From the NCBI GenBank assembly GCA_951406725.2, contig OX597820.1, positions 29,884,001-29,948,000 of the forward strand: 64,000 nt of DNA, written 5' to 3'. The translations under genes were made by a program, and so were the position numbers. Positions 12,880-25,240 of the stretch are shown here, in pieces (positions within the stretch are counted from its first letter, which is position 1; each line of letters opens with the position of its first letter). Below the pieces are notes generated by a model. That model made no database searches. It saw nothing but the letters and a program-made list of their open reading frames with translations, and had not been told where the DNA came from. The stretch is from Octopus vulgaris. Lineage: Eukaryota.

Positions 12880-14640
12880 CTATATGGCAAAATATTGGCT
12901 ACGTCTAAAGCAACCCGAAGCAAAATGGAAGAATTCCCAGGTCTGTAGCCGGGCCGAGTAAACGCTGTTGAGTTCAGACACCAACAAAGCGGATATTATG
13001 GATAATTTCCGTACCGCAACCATACTTGATACAGATACTAGCAAAGCAGTTTGCACTTTCGTGGGTGGTTTGATCAGGGAAACATAAATGTGTGCAATCC
13101 ACAGTAAAGTAATCCCTCGACTATCGCGGGTGTTACGTTCCAAAACCCCAACGATAGGTGAAAATCCGCGAAGTAGAAACAGTACTGTATATTTTTAAAA
13201 TTATTTTTATAATTTGTATAAAAACTGTGGGCCGGTAGCTGTGTACAGTCGCCTCAATGTCGCCCAGAGCGAGCTCTTGTTGCCATAGCGTCGACTGTAG
13301 GCCGGTAGCTGTGTGCAGTCACCGCAACGCCGTCCAGAGCAGCAATGTTCAGTGCTAAAAGTAAATGGCCACCTCTCGAAACTGTTTTATATGGCACTCG
13401 TTCTATCAAAGGTGTCCTCTCTCATTTCTTTTAGGTCATTGACCCTCGAGCCATTACTGCGAAAGTGAGAACTCTTGAGGGGCATCTCCTTCGAGTTGGA
13501 TGCAAGAGAGTTGTCTCGGCGTAATGCAGATGATATCACCGTAATGGCGTTAGACACCACGATAGTGAAAGTTATGGGTTCCATTCTGAAGGAATACGAG
13601 GCGATGGCAGGAGCAAAGATAAACCTGAACAAGTCGGTGAGCTTGAGGCTCGACACATGGAGAGGCAAGTCTAAGTCGTCGAATATCATTGTAGGCTGGG
13701 AAGACGGACGGGTTAAATGGTTTGAGGCAGAAACGTTAGCATGCCAGGCGAAATGCTCAGCGGTATTTCGTCTGCCGCTACGTTCTGAGTTCAAATTCCG
13801 CCGAGGTCGACTTTGCCTTTCATCCTTTCGGGGTCGATTAAATAAGTACCAGTTACGCACTGGGGTCGATGTAATCGATTTAATACCTATGTCTGTCCTT
13901 GTTTGTCCCCTCTATGTTTAGCCCCTTGTGAGTAATAAAGAAATAGGTTTGAGGTCTAATTTATTACGAACCTGCAAGTTGAGATGAAGTGGAACGAAAT
14001 GACGCGTACGGTGGCCAGCCTCACTCGGATACGAACTGAGAGGAAGCTATCCCTGAAATATCAAGCAGAAGTAGTGAATACCTACATCGTTTCCGTAATA
14101 ATTTACTCCCTGATCCTTGTGCTTTGCCCCAGTCTCTGCGTGGCCAAACTGCAGCTTCCTACTTCCGCTTCCTGTGGCAGGGACACATTCCACTGATCAT
14201 GCAGGTCATCTGTTACCAGCTATTTCTGGAAGGCATACTCGGTATACTGTGGCTATGCCACCTGCAGATTTCCTTTGACGATGAACAGGTGTGATCTCCG
14301 TTTGTAAGAGATGCTGCTCATCTTTTTGCGGAACTGCTGTCCTGGGTCAATAAAAGACCAAAACTGGATGTTCGGCACCTGGAATGTCGTTAGGAATCAC
14401 CAGCATATAGCAGTCAGAAGTATTGATCGGTGGAAGTTCTATATTAGCAATATGTAGGAAGCTAGCGGCGTATAGGAGCAACAATGTTCTCAAGGAAACT
14501 TTTAGCGTCCACGAGAATGAGCTAGTTGATCTGTTTTGGTTGACATTGAGACCAGGGACTACTGTTTCTTTCAGATCGAATAACAGTGTTGAGGCCATGT
14601 ATCTGTCTTGAGAAATATGTGTCAAACCACATCCATTGCC
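12880..14640 (+). mobile_element. Degraded L1/Tx1-clade LINE RT region, interrupted by a SINE-B (13725-13948)
   Basis: VKVNGHLS, ADDITV...YEAMAGAKINLNKS and RKLSLKYQAEVVNTYI motifs with many stops. The SINE is flanked by direct repeat GGTTTGAGG (13719-27, 13946-54). Confidence 0.7.
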
Positions 14641-15220
14641 GCCTTAAACAGTGAAAGTTGTAGATACGGTCTTTCAAACATGATGGTCATAAACTGAGAT
14701 ACCTTTGGCCCTATATCCGCTTCATTAGGAAAGACACGTCAGCAACAGCATTTTTTACACTAATTATGAATCACCGGTGATATCTCTACTCAGTCAGACA
14801 TAGATCTACTAGAAATACCAGTGAGATGTTAATTGAAGTGTCCTTCCTGTTTAAGAGATATTTTTTTTTTTTTTATGGTGAGACGCACCCACCAATCAGT
14901 CTGCCTTGGCAATACTTTGATAGTGTGTGACATACTTCAAGTGAAAGTAACAAGTTGCAACAGAGTTTTAATGAAAACTTCCTCTGAGTATATATATATG
15001 TGTGTGTATGTGTGATGTAGAGAATTAGTAATAATGGTATACCCCTCCCAGGTGACGAATGGAATAACCTAGTTACTATAACTAAAGAGAAGTACGCCAA
15101 GTACCAGAGTACGCAGTAGGCGGCCAGGGATAGTCGTTTCTTTATTGGTTTTACTAAGTATATTGTATACCGAAGTGATTCATAATTAGTGTAAAATCCG
15201 ACATTGTAAGGATTATAACA

Positions 15221-15261
<41 letters not shown>

Positions 15262-15369
15262 TATATATATATTTAAGTAAGAAAATGGAGAGTTTGAATG
15301 GATATAAATTCTTTATTCTTTTATTCTTCAGACTCCAGCCATACTGGAGCGCCGCCTTGAAGTCGACAG

Positions 15370-16390
15370 ATTTTAATGTCTGAGTGGATTTCTTGTACAG
15401 ACCAGTCAAGCTTCCCAAACGTTGGAATCAGCACTGGTGCTGCAAATGCATTGTGGGATATTGTCTTGATGCAAGAGGAGGGTTCGGGCTGCGATATTTT
15501 TCTTAGTCTGGTGTAATATTCTTGGGTCGCTCTATCTTTATTCACAGTACCTTGGTATGATATGCATTCATCACTGCCAAAGTACAGTCAACATTATCTG
15601 TGTGGGACAAGGAGAGACAGTGAAACGACTGATGTACAAGTTTTGTGTCTAGAAGACTGATTTTCTCTGTTCAACAATTAAATAAGCATATTTCTTCAGG
15701 ATAAATTCCATTCCTATGTCGGCTGAAAATGTTATTAATTCCAGTTGTTTTTTGGCACTGTTAACATTTTTAGCATAAATTTTAAGGTCATCCATAAAGA
15801 GATTATGGGTTACATTAATGTCACTTGCAGTTTTAGACTCTACGAGTAGTATGCAGCCATTTGTTTTTTTGCTGCAGGAATAATAATGGGTTTATAGTTA
15901 AAATGAACAGGAATACAGAGAGGCTATCTCCCAGGAATATTCCCTTTGAAATATTTATGGCATTGGAGCCGATCGTTCCATTCTCTGTTCTAAGTGTTGG
16001 AGTTGTGGCTCAGATCTTTGTGAGCCTCTCAATGCCAACAATTAAAGCAACGGGAACTTTTGCCAAATGGAGATACTTCAGGAGTCAAGAGTAGGGAATA
16101 GAGTCAAATGCCTTCCTCCAATCAAGCCATACTGCTGTAAGGGTCCTACGATTTTTTTTTTTTACCTTAAACAGTACAGTTTTCATTATCAGAAATTGTT
16201 TGGCACATCCCCACACTCCCTTCTTTCCATTAGCCTGCCCATCCGTCACTATGGTGTTGGACTCACAATGGTCCTGGAGGAATTTGTTGAGAGTTTATAC
16301 ATAATATTTAGGTGAACAATGGGCCTGTAGTTTTCAGGCAACTCGATGGTTTCATTCTTGGCCACGCGATTCGTCTGTACTATAGCAAGC
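15370..16390 (-). mobile_element. Degraded R4/Dong-type LINE RT fragment
   Basis: ENYRPIVHLNIMYKL, GIFLGDSLS and HNLFMDDLKIYA motifs across frames. Confidence 0.75.
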
Positions 16391-16433
16391 CAATTTAGTA
16401 TGCCAATCTGACCTATGATGTATGCGCGTGTGT

Positions 16434-16477
<44 letters not shown>

Positions 16478-17134
16478 ATCTTCTTTTTTCTTTTGGGGAC
16501 CCCAATAAGAAAAAAAGTAGAAGCAAGAAATCTTTTTATAATTCTCAGAGCTGAATTCATATACAGAGCTTGAGAGCTTGTCTTAAAAGGATGAATATTG
16601 TTCATATAGTATAGCTGAAAATAAAACATGATGGTCGTGGTTGGAACGCCTTTGAACATAGATCTGTGTATTTAGGAACTAACTAAAGTCAAAGCAACAA
16701 CAACGATTACAACAACTTAAACAACAACAGCAACCTCACTAATTCTATTTAACAAGTGTTTACTCCCTCATCCTTTACGGTTATGAATATTTAGGAAACT
16801 CGCACCCTAAACTATTTAATTCCACTCCCCACCACACACAGCAAAATTAGATAAGGAAATACACGTAAACATATATCACAAGTTTGGGGAGTGGTTACTT
16901 CTTATTTGTGGAATGTTTAAATATTTCCACAGTCCTTCTGTGTGTCCCGTTGACAAAACGTGTGTGACTTACAAAATAAGCTAGTTACATAAATCAACTC
17001 CGCTTGGCAAACGCTGCCGGAAGTAATCGCAAACTTAGGTCGCCTACGTAAAAACGAGATGTCCCTCTTTTCTTACCCCTTTCAAGGAAACACATAGATG
17101 TGCTCAAGAGTCGATAGTGATTATGACAAAACAA

Positions 17135-17736
17135 AAGGGCGGCTTGCTGGCAGAATCGTTAGCACGCCGGGCGAAATGCTCAGCAGTATTTCGTCTGTCG
17201 CTACGTTCTGAGTTCAAATTCCGCCGAGGTCGACTTTGCCTTTCATCCTTTCGGGGTCGATTAAATAAGTACAAGTTACGCACTGGGGTCGATATGATCG
17301 ACTTAATCCGTTTGTCTGTTCTTGTTTGTCCCTTCTGTGTTTAGCCCCTTGTGGGTAGTAAAGAAATAGGTATTTCGTCTGTCTTTGCGTTCTGAGTTCA
17401 AATTCCGCCGAGGTCGACTTTGCCTTTCATCCTTTCGGGGTCGATTAAATAAGTACCAGTTACGCATTGGGGTCGATATGATCGACTTAATCCGTTTGTC
17501 TGCCCTTGTTTGTCCCTTCTGTGTTTACACCCCTTGTCGGTAGTAAAGAAATAGGTATTTTGTCTGTTTTGCGTTCTGAGTTCAAATTCCGCCGAGGTCG
17601 ACTTTGCCTTTCATCCTTTCAGGGTCGATTAAATAAGTACCAGTTACGCACTGGGTCGATATAATCGACTTTATCCGTTTGTCTGTCCTTGTTTGTCCCC
17701 TCTGTGTTTACCCCTTGTCGGTAGTAAAGAAATAGG
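17135..17736 (+). mobile_element. SINE family B trimer with a 14-bp TSD
   Basis: One head plus three ~184-bp units; TTATGACAAAACAA at 17121-34 and 17737-50. Confidence 0.9.
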
Positions 17737-18562
17737 TTATGACAAAACAACTAGCTTACACTATCAGTCATAAACCACAAGAAATACAAAAAAATTCGCC
17801 TCCATCCATTTACATACGCCGATATTATAAACACCGCCACACACACACGAGCAATGCTTCGATTGGGGAGGGGGGGCAAGGGAACGAAGCGCGGGAAAGT
17901 TAACTTAAGATGGGGTGCGTTTTCTAAGACACTCACTTCACAGTTCCCACCACCACCACCACCACCATCACCACCCCTGTCTTTCTTCTTATGACGAAAA
18001 GATTATTATTCAGTTGTCACTCCTATACAGATTACGACAGCGACAAATTTGAATTTCAATAAAAACTCGAACAGATCACTTTACATGAATCATAAAATTT
18101 ATTTCATACGCTGTTCTTTACCAAACAAATATGATTTTTTTTTATTGAACCGTTATTATTATTATTATTACCACTTCAGCACTACCACTCCACCCTATTT
18201 TTATCCGTTATGAAAGAGATTTAAAAGTCTTTTATTGTTGTAAATTATAGTACTTAAAAGTAATAGTGAAATGTTAGCTTTCATTTATAAAAGAGACCAC
18301 ATGACGTTATATTAGTAACGTTTGTCAATGTTACGGAGCGATGTCTTTTATTGCCTTTGTTATATACATTGTTCTCTTCGGTGTTTCTGCTGCTGTGTTT
18401 GTTCTTGTTCTATTATAGTACATGTTTTTAGCACTAAATCAGACCTTAACTAGCAACTTATCATTTTGTATACTACACACGTAAATATGTCGATATCTAT
18501 CTCTGTCTCTCTCTGTCTCTCTCTGTCTCTCTGTCTCTCTGCCTCTCTGTCTCTCTCTCTCG

Positions 18563-18640
<78 letters not shown>

Positions 18641-18869
18641 TATATATATAAAAGAGCGTCCACGTAGTGGATTCTCTCTTATTGTTTTGTATTAATAATA
18701 TTTACTGTATCCCAGTCTTTTATACGCTAGGCCACTTGGTGTTTAAATTGATGTTATTAATTAATATTCAATTTTTTCACCCTTATTTTATATAGTATAT
18801 TATATACTATATATATACAATATACTATATGAACAATATATATATATATATATATGTATGTATATATAA

Positions 18870-19082
18870 ACCCCGTGACCGCGTGTGTATCGTTGGTGAT
18901 TTTCTTTCCTCCGTCTTCTCTTCCTCGGATCTGTCCTTTTTCCATGTTTCTGACGAAGAGCTCCGCTCGAAACATTAAATCCTCCTTCTTTCTTTCCTTT
19001 CCTGAGCTTCCAATAAAACTGTACTTGTTCCATGTCCTCATGTTGTTGTGTTTTCTCCTTGTGTTTTCATGTTTGGATTAAC
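18870..19082 (+). mobile_element. Short Penelope-LTR-like element with a hammerhead motif (18946-18980)
   Basis: GTTT-CTGACGA-A-GAGC(TCC)GCTC-GAAA-CATT-AAAT; homolog of 9963-10161. Confidence 0.65.
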
Positions 19083-19126
19083 TATATACTATCCCTTCTC
19101 TGGATCTTCTCTGCTTTCTTGTTTGG

Positions 19127-19158
<32 letters not shown>

Positions 19159-19160
<2 letters not shown>

Positions 19161-19790
19161 CAAAATAAGCAACAAGGGATATCCAGAGGTAATGCAGTAC
19201 GATCATTTCATGCAACTCCATTTAATTGAACAATGCAATCATAACATCAATTTAAAAGAAGAGCAATCATCAGCTGCACAAAGACATAGAATTTAATTAA
19301 ATTAAAACAGATGGACACATTAATATAATTATACCTAAAATCTCCAAGAAGTTAAGGAGATAGACAAAGAACATGCTGCCTTCACTCCAGCATAGAAGCT
19401 TCTACTATTATCTCTTTTCAACAACAGTTACAAACTGTTGTAGACAAATAATTGTCAATTTAAAAAAAGGGTGTAGGGGAAGTTAATGGACAGAGAGGAA
19501 TGGATTGAGTTACACTGGGTTCAAAACAGAGGGTATTAGAAGACGGAAGGGAGAGATATATATGCAGACTGTAATATCTGGGGGGGGGGGGGCGAAAGGA
19601 TGTTTAGCTAGCTAGCTTAGATCAGGATGCATGTACACACACACACACACACACACAGGGGACGTTGACATCCTTTCATCCGGTCAATCTCCGCTGTAGT
19701 TGGAAGATAACCTCTTCGGTTGTGTGTCATCATGCCGCCTCAAGACTGAAGTGGTACGCCACTAGTCTGACCTGCTCGACGACTATATCA
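19159..19790 (-). mobile_element. Penelope-like element 3' remnant
   Basis: Weak GIY-YIG C-terminus-like EEVIFQL near 19700, a pyrimidine-rich UTR, and a hammerhead ~35 nt before (TA)n. Confidence 0.5.
19192..19279 (-). ncRNA. Type I hammerhead ribozyme motif
   Basis: GTGCAG-CTGATGA-[long imperfect stem II]-GAAA-TGATCG-TA-CTGCAT; 6-bp stem I, intact core, GUA site. Confidence 0.7.
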
Positions 19791-20057
19791 CCGAGAGTGA
19801 ATTACACAGACCTACGCCCATATATATACACATACATACTTGCATACATACACTCACACAGACATATACACATAAACGTATGCATATCCATATATATATA
19901 TATGCACATAGATATACATACAACTGCGTCCCTATCACACACACCTACATATATATACATATATATATATATACATACATACATACACACTTGCATACAT
20001 ACGCTCACACATACATCTACACATGTATCCATATGTATGTATCTACACATACACACC

Positions 20058-20122
<65 letters not shown>

Positions 20123-20271
20123 CGGAACAACGTTTCTTCCCGAGATGCAGTTCGAAAAAGCCCGCCATTTACATGAATATATGATGAATAAACACTTCCA
20201 TGTGCGACGGTTGTCTGTTCGGTTCCGCTAGGTATGTTTGGTTTTGTTTATTTTTGATGTGTTCTGAATAT

Positions 20272-20335
20272 GTTTCACTGATGAACAAAAGACGTAAATA
20301 ATACGTTAATTGCGAAATCACAAGTGATCTGGAAC
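20272..20335 (+). ncRNA. Type I hammerhead ribozyme motif
   Basis: GTTTCA-CTGATGA-A-CAA..GACGTA/TACGTT..TTG-C-GAAA-TCACAAGTGA-TC-TGGAAC; 6-bp stem I, intact core, AUC site. Confidence 0.75.
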
Positions 20336-20456
20336 TAAATTCTTTTTCTAAATGTCTTGCTTCGAGAGCTGTATTTGGGACGATTCGTTTATTTTGGGTA
20401 ATAATGACTTTGAAAGTCCCTCCTATCGTGTGGCATTTATGTGTAATAATGCCCTC

Positions 20457-20540
<84 letters not shown>

Positions 20541-20545
<5 letters not shown>

Positions 20546-20945
20546 CAGGAGTGGCTGTATGGTAAATAGCTTGCTTACCAACCATATGGTTCCGGGTTCA
20601 TTCCCACTGCGTGGCACCTTGGGCAAGTGTCTTCTACTATAGCCTCGGGCCGACCAAAATCTTTTGTGTGGGTAGACGGAAACTGAAAGACGCCCGTCGT
20701 ATATATATATGTATATATATGATATGTATGTATGTGTGCGTATATGTTTGTGTGTCTGTGTTTGCCTCCCCCCAACATCGCTTGACAACCGATGCTTGTG
20801 TGTTTACGTCCCCGTAACTTAGCGGTTCAGCAAAAATAACCGATAGAATAGTCTTACAAAGAATAAGTCCTGCGGTAGATTTGCTCGACTAAAGGCGGTG
20901 CTCCAGCATGGCCGCTGTCAAATGATTGAAACAAAAGAGTAAAGG
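20541..20945 (+). mobile_element. SINE family A, full length
   Basis: Head AGGCGCAGGAGTGGC, core CCTTGGGCAAGTG and tail AGGCGGTGCTCCAGCATGGCC. Confidence 0.9.
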
Positions 20946-20946
20946 A

Positions 20947-21002
<56 letters not shown>

Positions 21003-21035
21003 CCATAGACACACACATACACCTTTATGTATAGA

Positions 21036-21141
21036 TGTACCAGATGAGACCCAAACTAAAAAACTGATGCAACACAACATGTTGAAAGGGGTCCCGCCTA
21101 TAAGGGACAGTAGCAGGATGGGTCGAAACGATAGTTGTACA
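21036..21141 (+). ncRNA. Type I hammerhead motif, U4A core variant, large stem II loop
   Basis: TGTAC-CAGATGA-GACCCA..(~65 nt)..TGGGTC-GAAA-CGATAG-TT-GTACA. Confidence 0.6.
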
Positions 21142-21208
21142 AAATAATAATGATTAATACCAAATCCATCTTCTTGTTACATAAGCAAATATTATTATTA
21201 TAATTATA

Positions 21209-21253
<45 letters not shown>

Positions 21254-21807
21254 GAGTGAGAGAGCAGTTCATGCCATCAAAGTGACACTGGGGTAAAATA
21301 TACGAAGCCCAATATACCCATCATGACTACCCGTCTGATAAAGGTACACCAGGCACATGCATCACAACCATATGTGCGCGACATGGTGATTTCATATCAA
21401 GATAAACAGCACATGACCTTGCAGGTGGGGCCCAGTTAGAATTTTCTTCAGGTTGAGTAGCCCATCCTGCTCAAAAGGTCCCTGAATAAGGGTTGCTTTA
21501 GGATGTTGAACGAAACACCTATGTTTCCAGAGGTGAACCATTCAAACTCCAAAGAATCCCTCTCAACACATGGCCATGATGCTCCCCCACTACTTCTGCT
21601 CGTGATCAGAGATGCACATATTGTCAGCCACTAAGGGACATGCTCAACTGGTTAAGGTCAAACAACTGACAAGCAAATCTGTGGTATTGAGCAGAATATT
21701 TGCTGTAACCCATCCTTTATACCAAGACAAAACAATGTACATGATAACACTTCCAATCAGTTAAGATCAGAAGCCATGAGAGCCACTGCCTGGTACTGCA
21801 TCAGGGC

Positions 21808-21811
<4 letters not shown>
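21254..21811. mobile_element. 558-bp non-coding interspersed element inserted in (ATT)n, copy 1
   Basis: Same length and same ends as 43879-44436; both are flanked by ATT repeats. Confidence 0.85.
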
Positions 21812-21850
<39 letters not shown>

Positions 21851-21853
<3 letters not shown>

Positions 21854-22897
21854 TAGTTTTATTTTTATAGCGTGCTTTCACTTCACTACCGAGCGCAGCT
21901 CTGTGTGCCTTGGGTATGTTCTGCGTAGGATGTGTGCAGTGCCTAGTAGTGCAATTTTCTTTATGTTTTATGTGTTTGTAAGTCCTGGTGTTTTTTTTAT
22001 ATATTTGTCTGAATATTTTTTTATCATGCCTAATGCACCTACTATGATAGGAATTGTTTCTGTTTTTAGATTCCACATTCTGGTTACCTCTATTTCCAGG
22101 TCTTTGTATTTTGAAAGTTTCTCCATTTCTTTTAGAGACACGTTGTCATCTGCCGGTATTGATACATCAATTAGAAAGCATTTTTTTCTTCATGACCTCT
22201 GATAACTATATCTGGTCTGTTGGCCTTAATTTCTCTATCTGTGTGTATCGTCATATCCCAGAGTATGGTTGCTTTCTCGTTTTCTGTGACCTTTTCTGGT
22301 GTGTGCCTATACCATCTTTTTTCAGTTGTTATTCCATAATGTTGGCATAGCTTCCAGTGTATGTAGGTTACAACTCTGTCATGTCTGTGAATATATTCCT
22401 TCTTAGCCAGGACTGGGCAGCTAGAGATAATATGATTTATTGTTTCTTGTCCATCTCCACATATTCTGCAGTTACTTGTTATATTTCTTTTCATTACATG
22501 TTGTTGGTAATTTCTGGTGGGGAGGTTTTGGTCTTGTGCTGCAATTAAAAATCCCTCTGTCTCTGCTTTGAGTCCTGAGCTTCTCAACCATTGCTGGGAT
22601 TTTTCTTTGTTTATTTCTTTTGCGTTTAGTTTAGTCCAGTATTTACCATGAAGGAGCTTTTCTTGCCATCGTTTTATCATGGTTCGTTGCTGTTCTATTT
22701 TTAGTTTGGATTTCATTTGTTTTATAGCTTTTGTTTCTTCTTCTTCTTCTTCTTCTTCTTCTTCTTCTTCTTCTTCTTCTTCTTCTTCTTCTTCTTCTTC
22801 TTCTTCTTCTTCTTCATATTTATTAGGTGGCATGATTTCTTGTTTGTATTTGTCAGCTTCCTTAAATACTGAGAACACTTTTTTGTTTTGCTCGTGT
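21851..22897 (-). mobile_element. R4/Dong-type LINE 3' part (frameshifted), between (TAA)n arrays
   Basis: LHGKY, AAQDQ, CRICG..ETINHIISSC, RHD and RPDI motifs; an in-frame (GAA)n expansion. Confidence 0.85.
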
Positions 22898-22924
22898 TTA
22901 TTATTATTATTATTATTATTATTA

Positions 22925-23029
<105 letters not shown>

Positions 23030-23036
23030 TATCCAA

Positions 23037-23239
23037 GAGTTAATGAATGGGAGTAGATAAAATCCGGGCTACATATGTTTCATAGCGAGCGGAACCTCGG
23101 ATTTAAATCAAGGTACTCTTTTTTGTTCTAAAGTGGAAATTGCGGTATACACCTCGCTTGGGTATTTACCACTTCCGAGATTCCACTCACTATGAAACAT
23201 ATGTAACCCGGATCTTATCTACTTCATTCCTTAAATCTC
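23037..23239. repeat. Foldback/MITE-like element with ~65-bp inverted arms
   Basis: AGTAGATAAAATCCGGGCTACATATGTTTCATAGCGAGCGGAACCTCGGA is reverse-complementary to ~23174-23223; a related arm lies at ~560-620. Confidence 0.75.
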
Positions 23240-23450
23240 GAATTTTTATTCGCATACCTAGCCACCCTGGCAGCCAACCGTGAAATATAATTTTTGGGGT
23301 TTTTTTTCAGATTATCTTGCTTCGCTACGGGAAAAAATTCACAACCTTCCGCCCTAGTAAACCAATATTATTACTGAAAGTTTTTTTTTTTCATATTTTC
23401 TACGGATTGCTTGAAGCTCACTTTCTTCCTACACCTCGATCCTTGGATCA

Positions 23451-23533
<83 letters not shown>

Positions 23534-24423
23534 CTATAGATATATATAGGGCTACTAACTTTCTTTCTGACTACTGCCTTCAACAAGTCAACAATGGCTT
23601 CTGTCTTCGTAAGCCGTTTTCTCAATGCGTTCAAATGAATTTTTCCACCGTCTAGACTTAAAAAGCCCTTATCGTTTGTTTCTCCTTGTCCTGTCTTTTA
23701 CTGTTTTTATCTTTATTTGTATTGCTTTTACTGTCCTGTTCTTGTCACTTTTTTACCCCTCCGCAAAAAAATCCCCAATTTTATTTTTCCATGGAGTCGT
23801 GTCCTGCCCTTACCTTCGAAACACGCAATAAGTCGAAACAGGGACATCTGAAGAAGGGAAATTTTCTTTGTGTTGTATGTCTTGTACTCTGTTTTTTCGT
23901 TGTTAAAAAAATCCGTTTCCATGTTTTGTTTTTATGTTTTCGTTTCTCCTTGTGTTCTACGTTTTTTGTGGTGTCATGTACCCATATATGCATGTATATA
24001 TACATATAGATGTAGGTATGTACGTAGATGTATGTACGCATATGTTTTATTTATTAAATTGTTATATATATATATCAATACTTCAATCAATACTTCATTT
24101 CATTTTACTATATATACTATTTATACTATATATTCTATATTCTGCATTAATATTATAAAGAATATAAATAAAACATAAAAAACACACATAGTTGAAATTC
24201 CTTTGAATAATATATATACCTCTATATACAATCATACAAACCCCTATATATATATATATATATAGGGTCGATTTGTCCAACTAAAGGCGGTGCTCAGCAT
24301 GGCCGAAACAAATAAAAGAGTACATGTATGTGTGTGTGTATGTGTGTATGTGTGTATGTGTCTATGTATATATATATATATCCATGTATGTATGTCTATA
24401 GATAGATAGATATGTACGTATGT

Positions 24424-24466
<43 letters not shown>

Positions 24467-24853
24467 TGTGTGCACGATATATTTATATAAGTATTCAGGT
24501 ATTTAAAAGTGTTTAAGTGTGTGTGGTACGTGTGTGTTTGTTCTTGCGTACGTGTGTGTGTGTGCATGCGTGCGTGCGTGTGTGTATGTGTATGTATGTA
24601 ACACCAAATACAAAATGTCCCTTTCAATTCCACATCAGTACAGGTCCCCTGAAAGACTCAAAACCCGCATCCGTACTGCTCATGCTTAAAAGAACAATTA
24701 AACGATGACCTTATTCGAAATTGAGATGCAGTTAATTCCTATGTATATACTAACGGTTAGTCATAGAAAATCCATGAGAGATAATTGTTCAGTTTTATAG
24801 TTTAATTACTAATTACAAAGTATATTTAAAGTGATTAACTGAATAAAATAAAC

Positions 24854-25240
24854 AGGCGCAGGCATGGTTGTGTGGAAAGAAGCTTGCTTACCAATCACAT
24901 GGTTCCGGGTTCAGTCCCATTGCGTGACACCTTGGGCAAGTGTCTTCTACTATAGCCTCGGGTAGGCCAAAGCTTTGTGAGTGGATTTGGTAGACGGAAA
25001 TTGAAAGAAGCCCGTCGTATATATAAATGTATATATGGTTGTGTGCCTGTGTTTGTCCCCCACCATCGCCTGACAACCGATGCTGGTGTATTCCCGTAAC
25101 TTAGCAGTTCGGCAAAAAGACACCGATAGAATAAGTACCAGGCGTACAAATAATAAGTCCTGGGGTCGATTTCTTCGACTAAAAGGCGGTACTCCGGCAT
25201 GGCCGCAGTCAGATAACTGAAACAAATAAACGAATAAAAG
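24854..25240 (+). mobile_element. SINE family A
   Basis: Full head-core-tail match to the other copies. Confidence 0.85.

Noticed and set aside
15017-15220. TGT...ACA bounded segment suggesting a solo LTR
   Set aside because: No target-site duplication or second full copy.
17135-17736. Regularly spaced repeats resembling a CRISPR array
   Set aside because: Whole ~184-bp units are repeated with no unique spacers or cas genes; they are SINE multimers.
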